Part shown: piece after piece, positions 37,943 to 47,113 of the stretch
How the letters are laid out: each line of letters starts with the position of its first letter
How positions within the stretch are numbered: position 1 is the first letter of the stretch
Source of the DNA: Candidatus Zambryskiibacteriota bacterium
GTDB taxonomy: Bacteria; Patescibacteriota; Minisyncoccia; Phycocordibacterales; WO2-35-19
Direction: 5' to 3'
NCBI GenBank assembly: GCA_963840745.1
Contig: CAWJAC010000005.1
Location: forward strand, 17,615-81,614
DNA length: 64,000 nucleotides
The notes under the pieces: model-generated
Told to the model about the DNA's origin: nothing
What the model saw: only the letters and a program-made list of their open reading frames with translations
The model's database searches: none
Program-made: the position numbers and the translations under genes

Positions 37943-38989
37943 TTATTTTTGGTTTAAATAAGCTTCGGCAAGCTCTTTGATAAAGCCGGGGCCGCTCCAA
38001 ATCATGCCGGTTATGAGAGCGACCAGGTCGGAGCCAGCTTCGAATTTTTCTTTCATATTTTGAACAGACATGACGCCGCCACAGCCGATGATGGTAAATC
38101 TTTTGCCATAAGCGGCCCTGGTCTGCTTGATCAGTTTATTTGATAACTCAAAGCATGGTTTGCCGGAGAGTCCGCCTTTGTATTCTTTGGGCGCTTCATC
38201 TTTAAAATCCAGAGAATTATAATCTTTGTTTAAATTGCCAATAACTACACCCTTTATTATTTCAAATTTTTCTGAAATTTTTAAAAGTTCATCAAACTTT
38301 GACCATTCTAAATTTATAGGCATTTTTACATAAACAGGCTTCTTACATTTAACTTCAGAAATTTTTGAAAGCAATCGCGAAAGCAGTGTCGGATTGGCAA
38401 AAGTTTCGCCACCAAAAGCATTGGGGCAGGAAATATTGAGAGTGTAGTAATCGCCAACATTTTCTTCGTTCAATCTTTTAAAACTATAAAAATAATCTTC
38501 GATGCCCGCTTCCACTGAAGCAGATTTTTCATCATTAGTGCGAGCGATAGAAATTCCCACAACAAAACCGTCACGCTTCTTGAAATTTTTTAGCCGTTTA
38601 ATAATAGTTTCCACTCCATCGTTGCGCAAACCTTTGTTGACTAAAATGCTCTGTGATTTGGGCAAGCGCGCCATACGCGGCCTATTGTTACCGGTACAAC
38701 TTCTAGCTGTGACAGAGCCAATCTCGACTCCACCAAAAGAAACTTCGGGCAAAATATTTATAAGGCGGCCATTGTAGTCAAATCCGGCCGAAAGCAAAAA
38801 AGGAGTTCGGTAAGTCAGCCCATCAACTTTTTTTGAAATACTAATGCCTCTGTATTTATAGAAAACAGCAGTAAATTTTTTAAGCAGTGAACTTTTGCCC
38901 AAAAACTGGCCAATAGCGATAAACCAGTTATGTACATCTTCCGGATCAAATTTGAAAAGTATGGGTTTTAAGACCTTTTGATATAACAT
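37943..38989 (-). CDS. pyrD: dihydroorotate dehydrogenase, class 2 scaffold
   Basis: N-terminal LKPILFKFDPEDVH, AGFD, EIGSVT, NISCPN, GGLSGKP, IIGCGGV. Confidence 0.9.
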   Translation of the reverse strand: MLYQKVLKPILFKFDPEDVHNWFIAIGQFLGKSSLLKKFTAVFYKYRGISISKKVDGLTYRTPFLLSAGFDYNGRLINILPEVSFGGVEIGSVTARSCTGNNRPRMARLPKSQSILVNKGLRNDGVETIIKRLKNFKKRDGFVVGISIARTNDEKSASVEAGIEDYFYSFKRLNEENVGDYYTLNISCPNAFGGETFANPTLLSRLLSKISEVKCKKPVYVKMPINLEWSKFDELLKISEKFEIIKGVVIGNLNKDYNSLDFKDEAPKEYKGGLSGKPCFELSNKLIKQTRAAYGKRFTIIGCGGVMSVQNMKEKFEAGSDLVALITGMIWSGPGFIKELAEAYLNQK

Positions 38990-39023
38990 ATTTGAACTGT
39001 GATTATAGTATAATTTAAGAGAA

Positions 39024-39734
39024 ATGAAAATAGAAATTAAAAAACTAAACACCCCACGAAAGGTGCAGGATTTTTTGGATAAGGTGCCTTTTAATTTTGA
39101 AAAGAAAGGGGAAACTTATTGGCCGCCTAAAAAAGCGATCGAAATGGGCAGAATGCACTGCTTTGAGGGAGCAGTCTTCGCCTGCCTCTCTCTGCAAAAG
39201 CATCATATCGAAAATTATTTGGTTGACCTGAAAGTCAAAAATTTAAAAAAAGACAGCGATCATACTTTGTGCATTTTCAGAATTAATAAATATTGGGGAG
39301 CTATAAGCAAAACCAATCATTCTGTATTGCGTTGGCGCGATCCCATTTACAAAAGCGTTCGCGAGCTGGCTCTTTCTTATTTCCATGAATATTTTTTGGA
39401 TTCTGGTGAAAAAACCTTGCTCTCTTTCTCCAAGCCATTTGATATCTGGAAAAGATTTGGAGCTAAATGGACCGAAGGAGAAAAAGATCTGGATAAAATA
39501 GCCGAAGCGCTCGACAAATCGCCGCATATAAAATTTGTGCCAAAAGCAAATAAAAAATTCATAAGATCTGCTAGCAAGACTGAAATAAAAGGAGCGAGTG
39601 TGGTAGAATACAAGAGCATGAAAGAGTTGGATTATATATCCCGAAGTAGGAATAATTTTGGCTCTTCTGGTAATTTTCGGGTGGAATTTTTATATGAACA
39701 TGCCAGTTACACCAGCAGTCGGACCGGGCGGTAG
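39024..39734 (+). CDS. hypothetical protein with a possible Cys-His catalytic pair; true C-terminus probably near 39620
   Basis: HCFEGA, DSDH, WGAISKTNH..LRWRDP; the tail overlaps the next gene out of frame. Confidence 0.7.
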   Translation: MKIEIKKLNTPRKVQDFLDKVPFNFEKKGETYWPPKKAIEMGRMHCFEGAVFACLSLQKHHIENYLVDLKVKNLKKDSDHTLCIFRINKYWGAISKTNHSVLRWRDPIYKSVRELALSYFHEYFLDSGEKTLLSFSKPFDIWKRFGAKWTEGEKDLDKIAEALDKSPHIKFVPKANKKFIRSASKTEIKGASVVEYKSMKELDYISRSRNNFGSSGNFRVEFLYEHASYTSSRTGR

Positions 39735-40125
39735 CATAAGCGGCAATTATAGTATTGAAAGTATTGAAAAACTCGGCAAGCCCTATGAATGCAGCTTTTC
39801 AAAATCTGACGGATCTTCTGAAGTTTCAGGAACATTGCAGATGGCAGAAGGTAAATTGCGCGGTAATTTTAACATAAGCGCCGCCACAAGTTTTACCAGC
39901 CATTTTATAATAATAAGCGACACCACTTACACCTGGACATCTCTCGGAGCTGTCGGATACAAAAGTCCCGTTGCTAAAAGCGCATCAAAAAATGCTTCAC
40001 CGATAGAGCAAGCTCAAATAGTCGGCACCGAAGATAAAGAAGATTACAATTGCTCACCTTGGAATATTGATCCTACAGTATTTGAACTTCCTTCCGGCAT
40101 TAATTTCTTGGAATTAAAAAATTAA
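39618..40125 (+). CDS. membrane-anchored hypothetical protein; start out of frame by one base
   Basis: Frame open from 39622 (KSWIIYPEVGIILALLVIFGW...CSPWNIDPTVFELPSGINF); ATG 39618 follows TGGTAGAAT. Confidence 0.6.
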
Positions 40126-40145
40126 TATCCCCAGTTTTTGCTTGT

Positions 40146-40173
40146 TTGACTTTTTGTTTTAAAAGTTTATTAT
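40146..40173 (+). promoter_or_regulatory. sigma70-type promoter
   Basis: TTGACT-N16-TATTAT. Confidence 0.55.
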
Positions 40174-40179
40174 TTGTGT

Positions 40180-40440
40180 TTAGAAGTATTTATTCCACCT
40201 CTGGAGAAGAAATTGGTTCAAGCACGGTTAACAAGAAGAACGGGCAACCGCCCCAAGTTGGCTCATGCAGCTCCTAAAATTGCCCAAAGGAAAAACGGGA
40301 ATCTGGAGCTAAAACAGCCGGAAATTGGGTTTCGTATCAAAGCATTTTTGCGGACGCATTACCCTTCTTTGAGAGAGGGGGTGATCATCTAGCTATGTTT
40401 GAGAGGCCGCTGTGTGAGTTTTCCACAGCGGCCTTTTGTT
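40180..40440 (+). ncRNA. candidate structured non-coding RNA (or small-protein mRNA)
   Basis: Bounded by a promoter and a terminator; nested stems at 40240-40335; the 72-codon ORF has no ATG start. Confidence 0.4.
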
Positions 40441-40441
40441 T
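40404..40441 (+). terminator. intrinsic terminator
   Basis: AGGCCGCTGTG / CACAGCGGCCT perfect 11-bp stem followed by TTTGTTT. Confidence 0.85.
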
Positions 40442-40455
40442 GATATAATGTTTAT

Positions 40456-41451
40456 ATGGAGAAATTTAAAAATTCCAAGTTTATTTTTGTGGTCGGTATA
40501 GGTGGTTCTGATTTGGCATCAAAAGCTGTTTGGAATGCTTTAACTTTGCACAAACCAGATGTGGATAAAAAAATATTTTTCCTTGAGTCCCCGGATGCGC
40601 GCGAATATGAGGAAGTGGCGGATTTTGTTAAAGATGAGATAGCAAGTTTGAAAGAAATTGTTTTAATTGTCGTGAGCAAATCAGGTCAAACAGCCGAAAC
40701 TTTGGAGACCTTCCACAAAACATTTGACATTTTGTCTGAAAAATTCGGAGAGCCAATAACAAAAAGAGTACTGGTCATCTCGTCAAAAGACACTCCCCTC
40801 TGGAAATTGGCAGAAGAAAAAAATATAGAAAAATTGGAATGGGAAGGCAATGTCGGCGGGCGCTTCAGCGCTTTTACTGTCGCCCATACTACAATTCTTT
40901 CTATAGCCGGCTGCGATACCGATGCATACACCGTCGGTAAAAAAGAGATGGAGGAAAAATGTGGGGAAGGAGCAGAAAACAATCCAGCCTTGCATCTGGC
41001 AAAAAATATTTTTGAAAATTATAAAAGAGGTTTCAATATTTTGGACTTTTTTATTTTTAATTCAGAGCTTGAAGATTTGGGTAAATGGTGCCGTCAGCTT
41101 ATAGCCGAAAGTTTGGCTATGATCACACCTACAGTTTCGATCGGCCCGACCGATTTGCATTCTATGTTGGAGCTTTATTTGGGCGGACCAAAAAACAGAT
41201 TTACTATTTTTATACAATCCCTCAATGAAATTAAAAACAGCGTTAACGAATCCGCCTATGAAAATGTCACCAGTGCATACAAGGAAGCGGAATTGCCTTT
41301 TATAAAATACGAGATGGAAAAAATAAACGAAAAGGAGTTGGGAAGCTTCATGGCTTACATGATAGCCACAACTATCGAGTTGGCTAAACTCTTGGAAGTG
41401 AATCCTTATGATCAGCCGGTAGTGGAAGAATATAAAAAAAATTTATTATGA
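40456..41451 (+). CDS. pgi: glucose-6-phosphate isomerase (short form)
   Basis: GIGGSDL, SKSG.TAET, VGGRFS, QLIAES, DLHS, DQP.VE.YK. Confidence 0.85.
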   Translation: MEKFKNSKFIFVVGIGGSDLASKAVWNALTLHKPDVDKKIFFLESPDAREYEEVADFVKDEIASLKEIVLIVVSKSGQTAETLETFHKTFDILSEKFGEPITKRVLVISSKDTPLWKLAEEKNIEKLEWEGNVGGRFSAFTVAHTTILSIAGCDTDAYTVGKKEMEEKCGEGAENNPALHLAKNIFENYKRGFNILDFFIFNSELEDLGKWCRQLIAESLAMITPTVSIGPTDLHSMLELYLGGPKNRFTIFIQSLNEIKNSVNESAYENVTSAYKEAELPFIKYEMEKINEKELGSFMAYMIATTIELAKLLEVNPYDQPVVEEYKKNLL

Positions 41452-42227
41452 ATTCAATTTTGTTTGACATCGGAGCGACAAAGACAAGAATGGCATATTC
41501 GGCAGATGGAGAAATATTTGAGGAGCCAAAAGTTTTTGAAACTCCCCAAAATTACGAAGAAATTTTGAATTTATTTAAAGAAACAGCCAAAGAACTTGCG
41601 GGCGAAAGGATAATAAAAACGATCGTCGGCGGCATGAGCAGAAGCGTTCCAGGACTAACTGAAGAAAAATTTAAAAAGGACCTGACAGAAATATTTGGCG
41701 TAGCCGCGCTTATAGAAAATGATGCTGCCATGGTGGGATTGGGAGAGGCTAATTGGGGAGCCGGCAGAAGTTTTGAGATCGTAGCTTATATCACTGTTTC
41801 CACCGGTGTCGGCGGAGCCAGGATAGTGAACGGTAAAATTGACGAGCGAGCAGTCGGCTTTGAACCAGGCAAGCAAATTATGGATATTGATACAGGAAAA
41901 ACTTTGGAAGATATGATCTCAGGCAAATCTCTGGAGAAAAAAATGGGCAAACATCCAAAAGATATAACCGATCCAGCGGTTTGGGATACGCATGCCTGGC
42001 TCCTTTCAATCGGGCTTAACAATATAATAGTAGAGTGGTCTCCAGACTGCGTGGTTCTCGGCGGCTCAATGATTACTGGCAATCCTGCCATACCTTTAGA
42101 TAAAACAGAGGCTCATCTGAAAGAAATTCTAAAAATTTTCCCCAAATTGCCAGTTTTAAGAAAAGCAGAACTGGGAGACTTCGGTGGCCTTTATGGTGCA
42201 TTGGCTTATTTAAAAAATTTAAAATAA
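41448..42227 (+). CDS. ROK-family sugar kinase
   Basis: DIGATK, ENDA...GLGE, TVSTGVGG, EPG, VLGG. Confidence 0.88.
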   Translation: MNSILFDIGATKTRMAYSADGEIFEEPKVFETPQNYEEILNLFKETAKELAGERIIKTIVGGMSRSVPGLTEEKFKKDLTEIFGVAALIENDAAMVGLGEANWGAGRSFEIVAYITVSTGVGGARIVNGKIDERAVGFEPGKQIMDIDTGKTLEDMISGKSLEKKMGKHPKDITDPAVWDTHAWLLSIGLNNIIVEWSPDCVVLGGSMITGNPAIPLDKTEAHLKEILKIFPKLPVLRKAELGDFGGLYGALAYLKNLK

Positions 42228-42236
42228 TTAAACCTT

Positions 42237-42656
42237 ATGGAAACATACGCTTGGATAAAAGAATACGGTGTCGGGGTCAAAGAAATTGACGGTCAGCATC
42301 AACATTACTTTGAGATTACCAATGAAATTACCAAAATGACAGGGCAGGAAAACATCGCCACCGAGGAACTTTTGGTAAAAATAAATGAGCTTGTAAATTA
42401 CGCGATTTATCATTTCGCGACTGAAGAAAATTTTTTTAAGCATTACGGTTATCGAGAAATTGAACCGCATATGGATGCCCACCAGAGCTATCATGAAAAA
42501 ATGGACAAATTCCTGGCCGAAGCTGAAAACAAAAATGCGGACACCAAAGCCACCGCTCTTAAGATGGCCGAATTTGCCGGTAGCTGGCTCATAAACCATA
42601 TTATGGATATGGACCAAAAATATATAGATTTCATGCGCTCAAACGGTATAAATTAG
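42237..42656 (+). CDS. bacteriohemerythrin
   Basis: W...Y.VGV.EID.QH, HF..EE, H...H, WL.NHI...D. Confidence 0.92.
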   Translation: METYAWIKEYGVGVKEIDGQHQHYFEITNEITKMTGQENIATEELLVKINELVNYAIYHFATEENFFKHYGYREIEPHMDAHQSYHEKMDKFLAEAENKNADTKATALKMAEFAGSWLINHIMDMDQKYIDFMRSNGIN

Positions 42657-42695
42657 CGGCTTTCTTTTTGTCTGAATTTTGATTAAACTAGTCAC

Positions 42696-43694
42696 ATGAA
42701 TATTTCAGTAGGAATCGTGGGCCTCCCTAACGTAGGCAAAAGTACGCTTTTTAACGCGCTAACCAAAAAGAATGTGCCAGCTGAGAATTATCCATTTTGC
42801 ACCATTGACCCGTCGGTCGGCATTATTGCTGTGCCAGATGAGAGGTTAGACAAGCTTGACGCTTTTTCGAAGTCAAAAAAGAAAATCCCGGCCGTAGTTG
42901 AATTCGTTGACATTGCCGGACTGGTGCGAGGAGCTTCAAAAGGGGAGGGCAAAGGCAACGCATTTTTGGCGGCCATCAGAGAATGCGACGCCATCGCCGA
43001 AGTAGTGCGCGTCTTTGACGATCCCGAAATTTTGCATGTCGAGGGTGGAGTTGATCCGCTTTCTGATATTGAGACAATAAACTTGGAATTGATACTCGCA
43101 GATTTGCAAACCGTAGAGAAACGTCTTGGCAGTCTGCAAAAAGAATTTAAAGCCGGGAAGAAAGAGGCAATAATCGAAGAGCAAGAATTGCAAGAGGCAA
43201 AAAAAATTCTAGAGGATGGTAAGCTTTTGGGTCCATCTTTCAAACTTTCAAATCTGCACCTTTTGACTCAAAAACCGATTTTGTATGTTTTAAATACTTC
43301 AGAGGCCGCAAACCAAGTGCCGCAGGCCAAAGAAATTTTGGAAGGCAAAAATAATGTGGTTGGAAATAATTTTGTAGTCATTGACCCAATCTTTGAAAAA
43401 GGTTTGAATGACTTAATTAAAAAAGCTTACGAAACTTTGGATTTGATCACATATTTCACCACCGGCGAAGATGAGACTCGCGGCTGGACCATAAAAAAGA
43501 ACTCGACTGCACCGGTGGCCGGCACCGCTATCCACACCGATTTCCACGACAAATTTATACGAGCCGAAGTGATCGAGTGGAATAAACTTCTAGAAGCTGG
43601 CAGTTACGCCGCTGCCCGCGAAAAAGGCCTGCTCCGTACCGAGGGTAAAGAATATATCGTCAAAGATGGGAATGTCGTAGAGTTTAAGATATAG
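42696..43694 (+). CDS. ychF: redox-regulated ATPase YchF
   Basis: GLPNVGKST, NYPFCTI, DIAGLV.GAS.GEG, FIRAEV, EGKEYIV.DG. Confidence 0.96.
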   Translation: MNISVGIVGLPNVGKSTLFNALTKKNVPAENYPFCTIDPSVGIIAVPDERLDKLDAFSKSKKKIPAVVEFVDIAGLVRGASKGEGKGNAFLAAIRECDAIAEVVRVFDDPEILHVEGGVDPLSDIETINLELILADLQTVEKRLGSLQKEFKAGKKEAIIEEQELQEAKKILEDGKLLGPSFKLSNLHLLTQKPILYVLNTSEAANQVPQAKEILEGKNNVVGNNFVVIDPIFEKGLNDLIKKAYETLDLITYFTTGEDETRGWTIKKNSTAPVAGTAIHTDFHDKFIRAEVIEWNKLLEAGSYAAAREKGLLRTEGKEYIVKDGNVVEFKI

Positions 43695-43736
43695 CAATTT
43701 GTGGTATAATTAGGTCGTTAAAATTAACCTATTATT

Positions 43737-44684
43737 ATGGAACAAAAAACTTCTGCTAAAGATTTCTTTTTGAATCTCGGAGCCATTGTGGCACTTTATA
43801 CAACAGTGGTCAGTTTATTAAACCTGCTATTTACAGTTATCAATAACGCTTATCCGCAGATAAATTCCGGATACTATTATATAGGCAGTCAATCTATAAG
43901 CATGCCTGTTGCCACCATAATTATTTTCTTTCCTGTTTTTATTCTGCTTATGTGGCTGCTGGAGAAAAGTTATGTGATAGAACCGGAGAAGAAAAATCTG
44001 GGAGTCCGCAAGTGGCTGACCTACATTACTCTTTTTATAGCTGGAATAGTTTTAGCAGGGGATTTGGTGACGGTGCTTTATTACTTTTTGGACGGGCAAG
44101 AATTGACAGCCGGATTTATTTTGAAAATTATTTCAGTTTTGATAGTCATAATAGCCGTCTTCATTTATTACATTTCTGACATTCGCAATAAATTAACTAG
44201 AGCATCGAGAAAAATATGGCTTGGCATATCTGCCGTCTTGGTACTCGGCTCTATTATCTGGGGATTTGCTGTTTTGGGTTCGCCTTGGACACAACAAATG
44301 ATTAAATACGACAATCAAAAAGTTTCAGACCTTCAAAATATTCAGCAGCAAGTTATAAGCTACTGGCAGACGAACGGTATGATTCCGACGAGTCTCTCTG
44401 ACATAAGTTCAAGCCAGCCGTACAACATCATCCCCAAAGATCCGCAATCAAAAACAACTTACGAATACGACAAAACCGGAGTAATGACTTTTGATTTATG
44501 CGCCGAATTCAATAAAGAAAACGTGAATCAAAATCAGTATCCACCAGCTTTGGTAACAACCCCAATCGGTTATCCGGTAAAAGGAATCGTTATTCAAAAC
44601 GACAATTGGAATCATCCTGCCGGCCATCAATGCTTCTCCCTCGTCATTGACCCGATAGCCTATCCGACGCAGGTGAAAGGATAA
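43737..44684 (+). CDS. DUF5671-like membrane protein
   Basis: AKDFFL.LG, RKWLTYITLF.AG...GDL, GSP...D..KVSDLQ.IQ. Confidence 0.7.
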   Translation: MEQKTSAKDFFLNLGAIVALYTTVVSLLNLLFTVINNAYPQINSGYYYIGSQSISMPVATIIIFFPVFILLMWLLEKSYVIEPEKKNLGVRKWLTYITLFIAGIVLAGDLVTVLYYFLDGQELTAGFILKIISVLIVIIAVFIYYISDIRNKLTRASRKIWLGISAVLVLGSIIWGFAVLGSPWTQQMIKYDNQKVSDLQNIQQQVISYWQTNGMIPTSLSDISSSQPYNIIPKDPQSKTTYEYDKTGVMTFDLCAEFNKENVNQNQYPPALVTTPIGYPVKGIVIQNDNWNHPAGHQCFSLVIDPIAYPTQVKG

Positions 44685-44690
44685 AAACTC

Positions 44691-47012
44691 ATGCAGGAAA
44701 AATACGATCATAAAGAAATAGAGAAAAAATGGCAGAAGTTTTGGAAAGAAAACAAGCTTTACGAAACTCTAGATCAGGACGGCAACAAACCTAACTTCTA
44801 CACGCTGGTGGAGTTTCCTTATCCGTCGGGTAATCTGCACATCGGCCATTGGTACGCTTTTGCCGTGCCTGATATTTTTGCAAGGACAAAAAGAATGCAA
44901 GGATACAATGTAATGTTTCCGATCGGCTTTGATGCGTTCGGATTGCCGGCCGAAAATGCCGCCATCAAACATGGCGTGGATCCGCGCAAATGGACTTACG
45001 AAAATATTTCTTATATGGAAAAGCAATTACAAAGTATGGGCAACTCTTTCGACTGGTCGCGTAAAGTTATTACCTCCGACCCAGAATATTATAAATGGAC
45101 ACAGTGGCTTTTTTTGAAATTATACGAGAAAGGTTTGGCTTATAAAAAGAAAGCGTCCGTCAACTGGTGTCCCAAAGACAATACCGTGCTGGCCAACGAA
45201 CAGGTCATTGGCGGCAAGTGTGAGAGGTGCGGCACCGAAGTTGTCCAAAAAGATTTGGAACAATGGTTTTTCAAAATTACCGATTACGCCGAGCGCCTGC
45301 TCTCAGATTTGGATAATTTAAAATGGCCTGAAGCCATCAAAGAAGCGCAGAGGAATTGGATTGGGAAGTCGGAGGGGACGGAATTGGAGTTTGGAATAAA
45401 GGATTTTGGGGGGGTGATATCGGTTTTCACTACCCGAGCAGACACTTTATTTGGCGTGACTTATCTTGTCGTCGCCCCGGAACACGAAATAATTGAAAAT
45501 TTTAAATTAAAAATCAAAAATTGGAGCGAAGTACAAAATTATATAAAAGAAACGAAAAGCAAAACAGAAATAGAAAGGACTGATGCCAAAAAAGAAAAAA
45601 CCGGGGTGAAATTGGAAGGAGTTGTTGCTATAAACCCGGCAATTTCGGGAGCGGGACGAGAAGTGCCAATTTTCGTGGCTGATTATGTTTTGGGTAATTA
45701 CGGCACTGGTGCAATAATGGCGGTACCATCGCATGATGAAAGAGATTTGGAGTTTGCTCAAAAATATAATCTGCCTATAAAAAAAATTACTCCGGATTGG
45801 AGTTTGGAAAAATTCGGCAAGAAAGTGACTAAATATAAATTAAGAGATTGGCTCTTGAGCAGACAGAGATATTGGGGATGCCCTATACCGATAGTTTATG
45901 ATCCTGAAGGCAAGCCGCACCCTGTGCCAGAAGAAAATTTACCATGGCTTCTACCGGAGGACGTGAGAGATTTTGCTCCAAAAGGGCAGTCGCCTTTGGC
46001 CGCCTCAAAGGAACTCAGTGATAGAGTAGAAAAAATATTTGGCAAGGGCTGGACTCCGGAGTTTGATACTATGGATACTTTCGTTGATTCATCTTGGTAT
46101 TTCAACCGCTACACCGACCCTCATAATAATAAAGAATTTGCAAGCAAAGAAAAATTAAAAAAATGGATGCCGGTCAAAAGATATTCCGGCGGGGCCGAAC
46201 ACACCACCATGCATGCTCTTTATGCAAGATTTTTCCATAAAGCACTTTTTGATTTGGGATTAGTAAATGAATCGGAACCTTTTATTGAGAGAATGAACCG
46301 TGGACTTATTATCGGTCCTGATGGACAAAAAATGAGCAAGAGCAAAGGCAATGTAGTTGATCCGGATGAAGAGGTTCTTAAAGTTGGTTCTGATACTGTC
46401 AAAATGTATTTGGCTTTCATCGGTCCCTACAACGAAGTGGGGCAGTATCCGTGGGATTTGGGCGGGATAGTTGGAATAAGAAGATTTTTGGAGAGAGTTT
46501 GGAGATTTGGAACGAGAGAGGGGAAGTTGGAGATAGAAAATTCTAAACTCGAGAGTTTATTGCATAAAACAATAAAAAAAGTAACCGAAGATATTGAAAA
46601 TTATAAATTCAATACGGCTATTTCGGCTATGATGATTTTCTTAAATGAACTAGAACACACTAATCAAGAAGAACCAGTGTCAAAGACTGCCTTTGACACT
46701 TTCCTCAAGTTACTGGCGCCTTTTGCTCCCCACATGATAGAGGAAATTTGGCATAATTTGGGACGCAAGACTTCTATACATCTGGAAAAATGGCCAAAAT
46801 ATGACAAGTCAAAAATAAAAGAAGAAAAAGCAATCATTGTTGTTCAAATAAATGGCAAGGTTAGAACTCAATTTGAAGCTGAAGCCGGAATATCCGAAAA
46901 TATGGCTAAAGAGAAGGCTATTTCCATGTCAGAAGTTAAAAAATGGCTCTCCCAAAAGGAAGTCAAAAAAGTAATTTTTGTCCCCAACAAAATCATCAAT
47001 TTTGTTGTTTAG
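44691..47012 (+). CDS. leuS: leucine--tRNA ligase
   Basis: FPYPSG.LHIGH, DW..SRQRYWG, KMSKS, QINGK.R. Confidence 0.97.
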   Translation: MQEKYDHKEIEKKWQKFWKENKLYETLDQDGNKPNFYTLVEFPYPSGNLHIGHWYAFAVPDIFARTKRMQGYNVMFPIGFDAFGLPAENAAIKHGVDPRKWTYENISYMEKQLQSMGNSFDWSRKVITSDPEYYKWTQWLFLKLYEKGLAYKKKASVNWCPKDNTVLANEQVIGGKCERCGTEVVQKDLEQWFFKITDYAERLLSDLDNLKWPEAIKEAQRNWIGKSEGTELEFGIKDFGGVISVFTTRADTLFGVTYLVVAPEHEIIENFKLKIKNWSEVQNYIKETKSKTEIERTDAKKEKTGVKLEGVVAINPAISGAGREVPIFVADYVLGNYGTGAIMAVPSHDERDLEFAQKYNLPIKKITPDWSLEKFGKKVTKYKLRDWLLSRQRYWGCPIPIVYDPEGKPHPVPEENLPWLLPEDVRDFAPKGQSPLAASKELSDRVEKIFGKGWTPEFDTMDTFVDSSWYFNRYTDPHNNKEFASKEKLKKWMPVKRYSGGAEHTTMHALYARFFHKALFDLGLVNESEPFIERMNRGLIIGPDGQKMSKSKGNVVDPDEEVLKVGSDTVKMYLAFIGPYNEVGQYPWDLGGIVGIRRFLERVWRFGTREGKLEIENSKLESLLHKTIKKVTEDIENYKFNTAISAMMIFLNELEHTNQEEPVSKTAFDTFLKLLAPFAPHMIEEIWHNLGRKTSIHLEKWPKYDKSKIKEEKAIIVVQINGKVRTQFEAEAGISENMAKEKAISMSEVKKWLSQKEVKKVIFVPNKIINFVV

Positions 47013-47113
47013 TCCCGCTTAACGTGGTTTTAGTAACAATATTTGACAAAAAACCTGTCTATGATACTGTAAGAGTATTAAATGTGGTATAATTAACTAT
47101 TTAAAAATAAACT

